DNA of 63,874 bases, filler included, from Octopus bimaculoides (Eukaryota): assembly GCF_001194135.2 (NCBI RefSeq). It is 6 parts of 5 records of this genome, joined end to end, with 100 filler letters (N's around TTAATTAATTAA, not from the genome) between each part and the next. Parts side by side here need not be neighbours in the genome. Positions count along the whole stretch, not along the records: positions 32,364 to 62,760 come from NC_068995.1; 5 more parts are not named here. One strand, 5' to 3'. The position numbers were made by a program, and so were the translations under genes. The notes under the pieces are model-generated. The model saw nothing but the letters and a program-made list of their open reading frames with translations, had not been told where the DNA came from and did not search any database. Shown here one piece after another: positions 39,386-51,309 of the stretch. Numbering within the stretch: the stretch's first letter is position 1; every line of letters begins with the position of its first letter.

Positions 39386-39994
39386 GGAAGCTTCTGACCA
39401 CAAATCCACGTCTATTTTATGGTGTTGGAGTTGGTATCACAGAAAAAGCACAGCAAAACAATTTTAAGCGGAATTACTGCATTATACCACAATGCAACAC
39501 TCGATTTATTTGTTCTTTTGTGGAAATCACTATTATTATAGGGAGTTGGTCTAATTCTGTGAAAGACAATTCGTGTTTCTCATAGGTCTGACCTCAAAGT
39601 TGTTGTAATCCACATTAATACTAGTAGTACACGACATATTTCTTTTCCTAAGGGATTTGTTCCTGTTTTTGATTCCTGTCCTAGCGTTATTTATGTTATT
39701 AGTTTTGCTAGGGGTTTAGCTGCACTTTCTCTATCACAATTGTCACTATGTGACTAATCCGGTCCAATATGCGATTATTTTCACCATTGCTATTCTGAGC
39801 GCTGTCAGTGATTTTACTTTACGCCTTTTTTATTAAAAAAACAAAAAGAGTTATTGGTACTACTTCGGTGTTTGTAACTACCAGGTTTCGGATTTCATTC
39901 CAATTTGTATGTTTCTTCGTTTTGTTTGCAGGGCTACATAGTAACCGTTCCCTATGACCTGCTTCTGGAAGCGTACTAATATATTTTTTACTTT

Positions 39995-40412
39995 TTCTCT
40001 AACCACTAACCCAGCCCTCTAAACCTCACCGTAACCCCTAAAACAACGCATAATCCAACCCCCAACACCGCACTCTAAACGTAGCCCCACTCCTCACTCT
40101 AAACTGTAGCCCTTAGCCTTAACCCCAACCTCTGATCCCTCACTCAAAACTCATCCCTAAAATCTAACCATCACCGAACTCAAGCCCTAAATACTAACCC
40201 GTCACTCTGAATCGAACTCAAAGCATTGACCCTTTAAACGTACCCTTCAGCTTCAGCCGAACACTGGACTCAACTTCAGCTGCTAATACCTCTCTCCACA
40301 TCTAACCCAACGTGAACTTCTAACCATTCATTCTATACCCCAAACCCTAAACCTTAACCTAACACTAGGCTCCGAAACGTAGCCCTAAACGTACACGACC
40401 CTTACACTAATG
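39995..40412. repeat. Degenerate telomere-like (CCCTAA-related) tract
   Basis: Recurrent ctaacc/ccctaa/cttaacc words with strong C-over-G strand skew. Confidence 0.6.
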
Positions 40413-41162
40413 TCATAAAAAGTTTCGACAATTTCCGTGTCGCAAAGTAAATAAGGGACACAACTAATGTCAGTTTTTACAAATAGTCTCTTCCGTTTAA
40501 AAAGGGACAAAACTCAGAGCCAGNNNNNNNNNNNNNNNNNNNNNNNNNNNNNNNNNNNNNNNNNNNNNNNNNNNNNNNNNNNNNNNNNNNNNNNNNNNNN
40601 NNNNNNNNNNNNNNNNNNNNNNNNNNNNNNNNNNNNNNNNNNNNNNNNNNNNNNNNNNNNNNNNNNNNNNNNNNNNNNNNNNNNNNNNNNNNNNNNNNNN
40701 NNNNNNNNNNNNNNNNNNNNNNNNNNNNNNNNNNNNNNNNNNNNNNNNNNNNNNNNNNNNNNNNNNNNNNNNNNNNNNNNNNNNNNNNNNNNNNNNNNNN
40801 NNNNNNNNNNNNNNNNNNNNNNNNNNNNNNNNNNNNNNNNNNNNNNNNNNNNNNNNNNNNNNNNNNNNNNNNNNNNNNNNNNNNNNNNNNNNNNNNNNNN
40901 NNNNNNNNNNNNNNNNNNNNNNNNNNNNNNNNNNNNNNNNNNNNNNNNNNNNNNNNNNNNNNNNNNNNNNNNNNNNNNNNNNNNNNNNNNNNNNNNNNNN
41001 NNNNNNNNNNNNNNNNNNNNNNNNNNNNNNNNNNNNNNNNNNNNNNNNNNNNNNNNNNNNNNNNNNNNNNNNNNNNNNNNNNNNNNNNNNNNNNNNNNNN
41101 NNNNNNNNNNNNNNNNNNNNNNNNNNNNNNNNNNNNNNNNNNNNNNNNNNNNNNNNNNNNNN

Positions 41163-41222
<60 letters not shown>

Positions 41223-41399
41223 CATCACACATTCTTATTACCTTGAATGCTTCATTTATCAAAAGAATACAAACACCATGACTACTGTCTACCCAAAATA
41301 ATTTGCAGCTTTATCCCTCTTCCATGAAGGGTCTATTTTTCATTGAGCAAGCTCGAAAGTTGCGGATCAGGCAGGAAGAAGATTTGTGTGAACATTTAC

Positions 41400-43095
41400 C
41401 ATTCGAAGGTCATGCTTCACCACCTCATCCCATGTCTTCCTGTGTTTACCTCTTCCTCAGGTTCCCTCTACTGCTAGGGTGTGACACTTTTTTCTGACAG
41501 CTGTCCTCATCCATACACAACGCATGACCATATCAGCACAGTCGTCTCTCTTGCACACCGCATCTGATGCTTCTTATGTCCAACTTTTCTCTCAGGACGC
41601 TTACACACTGTCATGCATGCACACTGACATTACACAGCCAGCGGAGCATACTAGCTTCATTCCTTGCAAGCTTACGCATATCCTCAGCAGTCACGGCCCA
41701 TGTTTCACTGCTATGTAGCATGGCTGTTCGCACACATGCGTCATACAGTCTAGCTTCTACTCTGAGCGAGATGCCCTTTGTCACCAGCAGAGGTAGGAGC
41801 TCTCTGAAGTTTGCCCAGGCTATTCTTATTGTAGCAGCTACACTCTCAGAGCATCCACCCCCTCTACTGACTTGGTCACCTAAGTAATGGAAGCTATCAA
41901 CTACTTCTAGTTTTTTCCCCTGGCATGTGACAGAAGCTGTTTTCTGCACATTTTCAGTGTTTATTGCCCCTGAGCATTTTCCACACGCAAAAACTATATT
42001 CCCAGTTAGCCTCTCTTTGATATTGCTGCATCTCTTATGTGTCCTTAGCTTACACCGGGTACATCTTATGGAGTTTTTACCTACGCCTTTTCTACAGATC
42101 GAGCAGGGCCATCTACCTGAAGGGATATGTGATTTGTCTACCTTCCTACTTATTAAGACTTTGTTTTTTGCTAGATTGACTCTAAGGCTCTTCGATTTTA
42201 GACCTTGCTTCCACACCTGAAACTTGTCTTCTAGTTCTAATAGTGACTCAACTATTAGAGCAAGGTCATCAGCATAGAGAAGCATCCTGTCTTGAATTCC
42301 TGTTATTGCCTGGAGGACTATGATGAATAAGAGGGGGCTGAGGACTATGGTGAATGAGAGGGGGCTGAAGACTGATCCTTGGTGGATCCCTATCCCTACC
42401 CGGAATTCTTCACTATACTCGTTGCCAACTCTCACCTTACTCACAGCATCCCTGTACATGGCTTGTACAGCTCTCACTAACACTCATTTATCCCTAGTTT
42501 CTGCATTGATTACCAGATAACGGATTGAGGAACCCTGTCAAAGGCTTTCTCTGTGTCAACGAAAGCCAGGCACAGAGGATTATCTTTGGCTAGGTATTTC
42601 TCTTGCAGCTGTCTTACCAGAAATATAGCATCAGTAGTACTTTTCCCTGACACAAACTCAAACTGCATCTCGTCTAAACTAACTCTCTCCCTAATTAGTT
42701 AAGTTATGACCCTCTCCGTGACTTTCATTACCTGATCCAACAACTTGATACTTCTGTAATCATTTGTATCTAATGCATAACCTTTACCTTTGTAGCAGTT
42801 GACTATGATGCTGCTACACTAGTCATTTGATATGACTCCTTCATGTATCACCTGATTGACTATACGAGTGATTAGATTATAGCCGACAATGCCAGATATT
42901 TTAAGCATCTCTGCAGCGATTACTGATGGGCCGGGGGGCTTTCCCTGTCTTCATACCCTTAATTGCTTTATCTACCAAGGTACTATCAATTCGGATAGCT
43001 GGTCCCTCTGTTGGGTCACCATTCAGCAGACTCTCTTTCTTCTATACATTCTCTTCATTTCGCAACCTTTCATAGTGGCGTTGGTTGCTAAATGA
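41400..43095 (-). mobile_element. RTE-clade LINE, RT region (decayed) with a PHD-like Cys/His insertion
   Basis: KAPGPS..AEMLK..YKGKG..YRSIKLL..FVDTEKAFDRVP..HQGS..SPLLF..LLYADDL..CxxC..CxxCxxxxHxxC..CxxC..FHYLG..SETW..RKTWDEVVKHDL. Duplicated SPL motif. Confidence 0.95.
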
Positions 43096-43139
43096 AGAGA
43101 ATGAATGGGAGAAAGAAAGTCTGCCGAATGTCGACCGAT

Positions 43140-43300
43140 GGGCTTCTGGTTTCTATCTGCCAAATCATTCCACTCACAAGGCTTCATGCAGCCCAAGGTT
43201 ATAGTAGAAGACACTTGCCCAAGGTGTCACTCAGTGGGACTGAACCTGGTTAGGAACCATGCAGTTAGGAAGCAAGCTTCTTACCACATACAACCATGCC
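43140..43300 (-). mobile_element. SINE family A head
   Basis: aaatcattccactcacaaggc..gaagacacttgcccaaggtgtcac..agcttcttaccaca. Confidence 0.8.
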
Positions 43301-43574
43301 TGTCCAACTGATTTCCTTTAATCCTGCAAATCATCAGGGCCAAATGTGGAAGAACTAGTTCCATCTATCCAGGCTACTCTGTAGCCTTCCAGACTGGAGA
43401 AATCGCACATACTCAAACATAGCAATGTACATAGTGTTATTGGCATGGGGATCAAACCATTATTATTATAGATGTTTTAGTTGAAGGTTTCTTTGACATC
43501 ATTCTTCTTATGTCCACACCAAGCTTCAGTGATGTTGAGACAAGCATTTATAATATTAGTGAGTCATAAATTAG

Positions 43575-43671
43575 ATTGGAACCTGGTGCAGCCTTCTGGC
43601 TCACCAGTCCTCAATCAAAGCGTCTTACCCATGCCAGAGCATGGAAAGTGGACATTAAACGATGATGATGA

Positions 43672-43675
<4 letters not shown>
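43575..43675 (+). mobile_element. RTE-type 3' tail ending in (GAT)n
   Basis: cccatgccag.catggaaagtggacattaaac(gat)n, the reverse complement of the ends at 45015 and 48399. Confidence 0.7.
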
Positions 43676-43743
<68 letters not shown>

Positions 43744-44468
43744 GTATATANNNNNNNNNNNNNNNNNNNNNNNNNNNNNNNNNNNNNNNNNNNNNNNNNN
43801 NNNNNNNNNNNNNNNNNNNNNNNNNNNNNNNNNNNNNNNNNNNNNNNNNNNNNNNNNNNNNNNNNNNNNNNNNNNNNNNTATACATATAGACAGTGAGGA
43901 AGAGGGGGAGAAGGGAGAGAGAGAAATTTCTTTTGGTCACATATGCATGCTGATGTATAAGAAATTTGGTAGACACATATCAAAGTGCTAAGTTATAAAT
44001 GATGAGTTTTTTGTTGTCCCCATGCAACAAATCACTCACTAGATCTGAGAATAAAATATTGCTTACAAAAAAAACAGTGGACATTTGGATATCTTAAAAT
44101 GATTTATGAAATGACAATTTGGTGTCATATAACAATCTGATGGAGTCAATATTTTCTGTATTTAGGTTAGTATGTCATCCAATACCTTAAACAAATAAGT
44201 ATCCATGTCTCATCTGATAGGTTGAATAACCCCCATACACACACTTCTATTGTTTCTAAATTTGATGTCACAGCCTTCGAAGGACTATGTCACATAGTCT
44301 CATATTTAATGGTAATTTCACTATGAAATTGCTGAAAATGTATTGGTTCTTTAGTTAACATTGGTCATTGTATGAATAAAGAAACTCTGTTCATAGTCAG
44401 CGTGTGGTCTGCCTCAGTTATGCTTAAGTTACAGTTATTCTTGAGCCCCAGTAATATCTTCTGACATT

Positions 44469-44838
44469 TTGTTGGCACTCCGTCGCTTACGACGTCGAGG
44501 GTTCCAGTTGATCTGATCAACGGAACAGCCTGCTCGTGAAATTGATGTACAAGTGGCTGAGCACTCCACGGACACGTGTACCCTTAATGTAGTTCTCGGG
44601 AATATTCAGTGTGACACAATGTGACAAGGCTGACCCTTTGAATTAGAGGTACAACAGAAACAGGGAGAAAGTTGTGGTGAAAGAGTACAGCAGGGTTCGC
44701 CACCATCCCCTGCCGGAGCCTCGTGGAGTTTTAGGTGTTTTCGCTCAATAAACATTCACAACGCCCGGTCTGGGAATCGGAACCGCGATCGTATGACCGC
44801 GAGTCCGCTGTCCTAACCACTGGGCCATTGCGCCTCCA
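44469..44838 (-). mobile_element. Full-length SINE family C with 14-bp TSD
   Basis: tRNA-like head at 44838. TSD tatcttctgacatt/tatcttcagacatt (44455-44468, 44839-44852). Confidence 0.9.
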
Positions 44839-45014
44839 TATCTTCAGACATTAAGAAAGTGAGTGCTAATGATTTGAAAAGGAAGTAACTGCTAGAATAA
44901 TTATAACAGCTCATTTCTTTTATTCACTTTATTTTAAACAGAAATTCATTTAACAGTATGTACTCAATGTGGGGGGGCAAAGGTTTGTAAGCAATGCAAA
45001 CCATTATTAGAACA

Positions 45015-45230
45015 GACATCATCATCATCATCATCATCATCATTCAGTGTCCTTATTCCATGCTGGCATGGGTTAGATGGTTTGACTGGGACAAGTAAGT
45101 CAGAGAGCTGTCCCAGGCTCCAGTCTGATTTAGCTTGGTTTCTATAGATGGATGCCTTTCCTAACACCAACCATTCCAAGGGTATAGTGGGTGCCTTTTA
45201 CATGTCACCAGCACCGGTCATGACTATGAT
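45015..45230 (-). mobile_element. RTE-type 3' tail with (GAT)n
   Basis: Similar to 48399-48600. Confidence 0.75.
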
Positions 45231-46039
45231 TTCACTTGGCGTGACATGTCTTCTCAAGCACATCAAATCGGCAAAGGCCTCAATCACTTGTCATTACCTC
45301 TATGAGACTCAACATCCAAAGATAATGCTTCACCACTTCTTCCCATGTCTTCCTGGTTCTACCTCTTCCACAGGTTCCTTCCATTCAGTAATTATATTTA
45401 TTGTCCGCACTCTGGTTTTATTATTCTTTTATATGTTTCAGCCTTGTGGCTGTGGCCATGCTGGGGCACCGCCAGTATGTTGGTGATTTTGCTTTTACAA
45501 ATCTTATTAAATAATTTCGATTCACATTATGACTGACAGAACTACCATTTCTTCAAATGTAACATGAGTGTTTGCCATCTACATACACAAAAGAAACTTG
45601 ACTTTCAATTTGTGTTTACAAACAAAAAAGTCATCTTTCACGAGCATAGATACGCTATCAGCCTCCCCTCATTAATCCAGTCAAGTCTAGGAATTGAACC
45701 CATGATATTTATGCACCAGCAGGAAGAATTTTTCATCGGAATGTATCAACCCTTGTACTTATATTTTAAAGTCTGGTACTTATTCTATTGATCTCTTTTG
45801 CCGAACTGCTAAGTTACAGGGATGTAAACACACCAGCACCAGTTGTCAAGCAGTGGGGGGAGTACACACACAAACACACACACACACAATTATACATACA
45901 TATATATATANNNNNNNNNNNNNNNNNNNNNNNNNNNNNNNNNNNNNNNNNNNNNNNNNNNNNNNNNNNNNNNNNNNNNNNNNNNNNNNNNNNNNNNNNN
46001 NNNNNNNNNNNNNNNNNNNNNNNNNNNNNNNNNNNNNNN

Positions 46040-46432
46040 ATACTGCTGCTATTTAGCCCTAGGAAGCTGGACCGCTTCCTGACGGCCTTGACACATTTCC
46101 TGTGTCCTTATATTTGTGAGGAGGAGACAAGCACCCCCACCCAGCTCAAACCAGCTAGTGTTGCTACTTCAGGCTGATGATGAGCAATGACTCAGAAACA
46201 TGTCCCTGAATGCACACTGAGCTGGGTGGGGGTGCTTGTCTCCCCCTCACAAATATAAGGACACAGGAAATGTGTCAAGGTCGACAGGAAGCGGTCCAGC
46301 TTCCTAGGGCTAAATAGCAGCAGTATAATTCCCTTATTGGGACTGTCACATTTAGTTGACAGTATACAACTGCTTTATCGTAACACTGCTGCTTAATTCT
46401 CTCTGCGAGATTGATAATTAAATCATTTCTAA
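46040..46432 (+). mobile_element. Palindromic HHR-carrying element, copy 2 (left end in gap)
   Basis: Arms 46040-46148 and 46218-46326 (109 bp, 3 mismatches). Right arm continues to 46432 and is homologous to 15890-16004. Confidence 0.9.
46158..46217 (+). ncRNA. Type I minimal hammerhead ribozyme
   Basis: Stem I ttcagg/cctgaa (46168-73/46205-10) extended by gtg.tgc/gca.cac with bulges. Core CTGATGA 46174-80, stem II tgag/ctca, GAAA 46195-98, palindromic stem III ACATGT, predicted GUC cleavage after 46204. Confidence 0.85.
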
Positions 46433-48398
46433 TTTATATATATACATATGTATATATATATATATTTATACACACATATGTATGTATGACAGGCTTCCTT
46501 CAGTTTCCTTCTACAAGAATCCACTCACAGAGCTTTGGTTGGCCTGAGGCTATAGTAGAAGACACTTGCCCAAGGTACCACACAGTAGGACTGAATCCGG
46601 AACCATGTGGTTGGGAAGCAAGCTTCTTACCACATTGCCACATTCAAATTTGAAGCATTTTTATCAACAATTTTCCGTTAATAGTGTACAATACAATTAC
46701 TAATAAAAGAGTTATGAGTGAAGGTTCTCTGTAACTGAGCTGCCCAATTTTTACCAAAGAGAATGAGTTACATAAAGAGTTGAGGATAGTTTCTAACTGT
46801 ATACAAGGACTGCTTAATGATATTCTTGATAGAAACAGAATTACAATTTGTGTTTTATCAGACTATAGATCTAGTTAAATACCATGTCATTATTCTAATT
46901 CACTTCAAGAATTTGATGAAAATGGTAACAATAAAGATTAAGATACTGAAAAAAAAGAGGTCTAACATTGCTGTACAAAGCAATGCTTTACATATAATTC
47001 ATTACATGTTCAGTTTAACACAAATCCTTGAAAATTTCATTACAGATATCTCTCTAGAATATCATGCATAAATATGCTATCATTCTTTACATCATAATTA
47101 ATCAATAAAATAAATCATATTTAAATGAGAATTTCAATGCAAATTTCATTAGTGAAATAATGTTTTCATGTCATCCTCATGTATTGAACACACAAAAGCT
47201 GTTAGATTAAAGAGCTAAACATCTGATCATATAGTCATATGTTTGAATCCTATTCCTATAGTTCTGGGTAGACCCTCAGTAAGGCACCTACTATTGTCCC
47301 AGTCTGACTGAATAAAAAAATGTTCCTCTTTATTGGGCTGGAATCCCATACCAGTAAAAAAAAAAAATGCATATTTGAAAATTAATTTTCATCCCATCTG
47401 TGGTAAAAAGAAAATAGTAAAGAAATTCAGGAGAAAATAAGTCAAACAAAATTGATGATATATTTTCTTAGGTCATCCTTTTCATTACAAATTGATAAAA
47501 TCCAGTATCTCAGTTTGAGATGAAAGTTTCTTCTCAACTTTTATCTTAGAGTGACTGAAAGGAAAATTTACAAACATTTACAAACAAAATAAGTTGACTA
47601 TTTATAGGCTTTGTTAACTATAATAAAAACTCATCAAAACCCAGCATCATACATCTTTGACAAATTTATTATGCTTTCTTATTTCTTGAACCTACAACAA
47701 ATTGTGCTTTTCTTCTGGAATTTTATGTTATTTTTAACATCATAAAATACAATTTTTTTGTCCTACACTACAAAAATATTTGTGGTCATCAGCCATTCTA
47801 ACACATTCTCTTTCTTTTCAAGCTGTGATTACACCTTCTATTCCAACCTCACCAAAGGAGAAAGTTTTCACATGCATAGTTCATCACTCATGTCACCTGA
47901 ATGACAATCATAAACTTCATGCTATTGGAGGTAGAAGTTACATGCTTCAATTCCTTTAAATTCATCTAACATCTTGACAGTATTATAGATTCATGGCAGA
48001 AACTCATCATAATGTTTCTTTCTCTAAAAACACACACTATATGTCTTCCTTACTTTACTCATATCAGAAGTTGAACATATTGCTATTTTGAACGACATAA
48101 ACAACCAATCTCATTTTCTTTTTATCGTAACAGCTCCTACCTACAGATTCCCTTTCACATTTCTAAATTCAACCCCTATTCATGCACCTATTTAACCATC
48201 TTATGCCTGCTCAGAATTGCATTTTACTTCGTATCAATACACTACTGGGAAAAAAAAAACATCTGTTCTATGTACAAAAAGTAGTGTTTGTATATAGAAG
48301 ATGCACCCTAACCCTAACCCTATGAATGGTAACTACCAAAAGACCCTGCAATATGAAAATTGCAACCTAGTTATCTTCAACAGCATCAAGATAATCAC

Positions 48399-48845
48399 AT
48401 CATCATCATCATCGTCGTCGTCGTTTAACGTACGCTTTCCATGGGTTGGACGATTTGACTGAGGACTGGTGGACCAGATGGCTACACCAGGCTCCAATCT
48501 GATTTGGCAGAGTTTCTACAGCTGGATGCCCTTCCTAACGCCAACCACTCCGAGAGTGTAGTAGGTGCTTTTACGTGCCACCAGCACGAAGGCCAGTCAG
48601 GCGGTACTGGCAACGGCCACATTCAAAATGGTGTATTTTATGTGCCACCTGCACAGGAGCCAGTTCTGCGGCACTGGCAACGATCTCGCTCGAATGTCTT
48701 TACACGTGCCATCTGGCACAGGTGCCAGGAAGGCGATGCTGGGCACAGGTGCCATTGACGGTTTCGCTTTCGCTTGCCCCAATAGGTCTTCACAAGCCGA
48801 GTTTCGTTTCCAATGAAGGAGACGACGTTGGCATGGGTGCCGACT
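48399..48845 (-). mobile_element. RTE-type 3' UTR/tail with internal sub-repeats and (GAT/GAC)n end
   Basis: Reverse complement ggttggcgttaggaagggcatccagctgtagaaac..ggaaagcgtacgttaaac(gac/gat)n. Three ~60-bp ttt.acgtgcca sub-repeats. Confidence 0.75.
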
Positions 48846-49149
48846 ATTAAAGACTTTTCCAATTAAGTTCACTTACATCTTTCATTTATAACCTACTGGC
48901 TGTTACTTCTGGTCACACACATTCCCACAGAGAGGGTTATAGTAATCTTGCTTGTGTCAACATCTAGCCGTAACCACTATACAAATTTAAAAAAAAACGA
49001 TCTTGTCTTACACTCTCCCAACAAATTTTAAAAACTGACAAATTAACTCCTCAAAATTGCTAGAAATATAAGACTCACAGTCTCTGATGATCTTTCATAG
49101 GCAATGTCACATAGAGTTACCAAAACTTCAGCCTTGATCAGTTGAAGAC

Positions 49150-49600
49150 GTTTAACATGAATAAAGCACATTGGAATCTCTTAGCACTTAGATCCAATAG
49201 TGTTGTCAGCACAACAGACAATGAGCCTTCTCTAAACATCGCAATTGTTTACTTTCCTCTTAGTTCCATTCAGACTGACTCCCATTGCCAAGATATCGTG
49301 TCAAAACGTACTGTAGCATGTCTTTCTTGGTCTTTTCCTGTTTCTGGCTTCTACTCCATCATGATGGTAGCATGCCTCTCCTATGATAATCGAAGCACAT
49401 GGCCATTAAACTGTATCTGCCATTTAGAGCTGGCATTGGAAATTTGCGAGATATGCCAACTTCCAGTGTCAGCTCTTTTCATCACTTTGACTCAGTAAGA
49501 AATACTCAGGACTGAATGTAGGCAGTGTCGATGGAACATGTCCTGCGACTGAGAGATCTTTGCTGTCTTCTTCGGGGTTCCACAGGCCTAGATGGCTGTT
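49150..49600 (-). mobile_element. Very degenerate LINE RT C-terminal fragment
   Basis: ..LSVAGHV.. resembling the L.xAGH motif of RTE-like elements. Otherwise decayed. Confidence 0.35.
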
Positions 49601-50739
49601 GATTTTAACAATAGACAAGTATAGCTGCAGATTTATTTTCCTACCGATGGTTTTCAATCTTCAAATTGGGCAAAAGTGAAATAATGACATTGCTTTATTT
49701 GTTGTGGTCTTGATTTAAACTTCTGCATAATCCTCGTTGAAAATACAGCTTCTGAGATGTGTAAACCTATCAACGTATTCTATTTTGTCTTATCTTTTCA
49801 GTGCTAATTTGCAGACCTGCTTTTACCCCTAAACTGTATAGGCTAACCGTCATGGCCTGCACTATGTCTCTGCTGCAGCTCAGTAACACCAAGTTTTCCC
49901 AAGTATCCACATTATTCCAAACTGGTGTTATCTATTGCTTTCTGTATGATGAAATTAATTACTACTAGGAAGGGAAAAGGTGACAAGATACAACCCTGTC
50001 TCTCTCTAGTAGCAGTTTCTATCACATCAGTGGTTCCTACATACAGACTTTAAAATGTTGATACATATGTTCGGGACCCCATAGACTCTCAAGATATTCG
50101 AGAGTGCATCTTGGTCAAGATTGTCAAATACTTTCTTAAAGAAGATGAAGTTAATAAGTGGCTGCACTGCTTTCTGCTTTGATTATATTCCGCAAAATGA
50201 AAACCTCTCTCACACAGGACCTATGACTTCAAAAACTTGTCTACTCCTCTCTCAACACAGCATCAATCTCCTTATGCATTTTTGTTGCTGGTGTTGTTAT
50301 TGATGTTAAGCGAATTTTAATTTCCCTAATTTGACCAACATTTATACTAAAACGACCAGAAATACTTTTTCGACCAAGAAATTTTCTTTGAGAATGTCTT
50401 AGTTCACATGTTTTTTTCTCTTTTTTATTTTTTTTTTTTTTATTTTGTGTCAGTAAGGAAAACGCCCTGATATTTGTCAGTTTGTGATGAATATGAGCTT
50501 AATGCAAGAAGCATTTCAAAATGTCTTTCTTTCACTCTAGCTTAGCAGGTCTGAAAATCAAAGCAAACTCAGCTCTCGTCTTTTTTCAGTTAAATACAAA
50601 TGAACTAAAGCAGTAAAAAAAAAAAAAAAAAATCATATAGTTTGGGAAAAAAAATCCCTCTACATTGGTTAATCCCTTGTTAAACTGTGAAAAGGGACGT
50701 CTTGGCATGGTAAAAAGGAAACAATAATATTCTTACTAA

Positions 50740-50930
50740 TTTTGGTACAAAGCCAGAAATTTTAAGGGGAGAGGCCAAACCGATTACATTGACCCCAGCA
50801 TCTAACTGATACTCTATTATATCAATGTTGAAAGGATGAAAGACAAGGTTGACCTCAGTGAGAATTGAACTCGGAACGCAAACAAAATGCCACATTAGTA
50901 CTGCCAGACCTAAACGTTTCTGCCAAGCTA
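50740..50930 (-). mobile_element. SINE family B
   Basis: gattacattgaccccag..ggatgaaagacaaggttgacctc..ttgaactcggaacg. Confidence 0.8.
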
Positions 50931-50962
50931 ATCCACTGTCATTAATAATAAAATATAATTTA

Positions 50963-51153
50963 TCATAGATTATCCCATAGAAATCGCTTGTCGTTGAGCA
51001 TCAGAGAAAGATCTTCCATGGAATGTCTATAAATTTCATACAAAAATTTCTTTGTTGACGATAACATCGGTCCTAATTTCTTGTGAGCCTCAGGTCTTTC
51101 AAAAATATGATCTCCAGATGTGATTTGCTTCCTCATTTCCTCCTCAAGAGGAG
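50963..51153 (-). CDS. Terminal coding exon of a CHST15/GalNAc4S-6ST-like sulfotransferase
   Basis: Acceptor tttcttctAG at 51155-54, phase 1, PLEEEMRKQITSGDHIFERPEAHKKLGPMLSSTKKFLYEIYRHSMEDLSLMLNDKRFLWDNL*. Matches the CHST15 C-terminal pattern LGPM..T.K.L..FY..F...L...L.D..F.W (recalled, not searched). Confidence 0.85.
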
Positions 51154-51309
51154 CTAGAAGAAATTTTTAAAAAATTGATTTAGTATTCAAAATTGAAATT
51201 TGTAATGTGTGTGAGAGAGAGTAAGAGTAAGTAAGAGTGAGAAAAAACACGCACAAGAAAGTGTGTGTAATGTACTTCTACCTACTTACACACACACACA
51301 CACACACAT

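Larger units (their letters stand above)
45770..46640 (-). mobile_element. SINE family A interrupted in its internal microsatellite by HHR element copy 2
   Basis: Tail at 45770-45900, head at 46480-46640, (TA)/(CA) runs on both sides of the insertion. Confidence 0.8.

Noticed and set aside
43300-43345. Minus-strand CTGATGA...GAAA with partial stem I
   Set aside because: Stem II poor and stem III not palindromic; expected by chance in AT-rich DNA.
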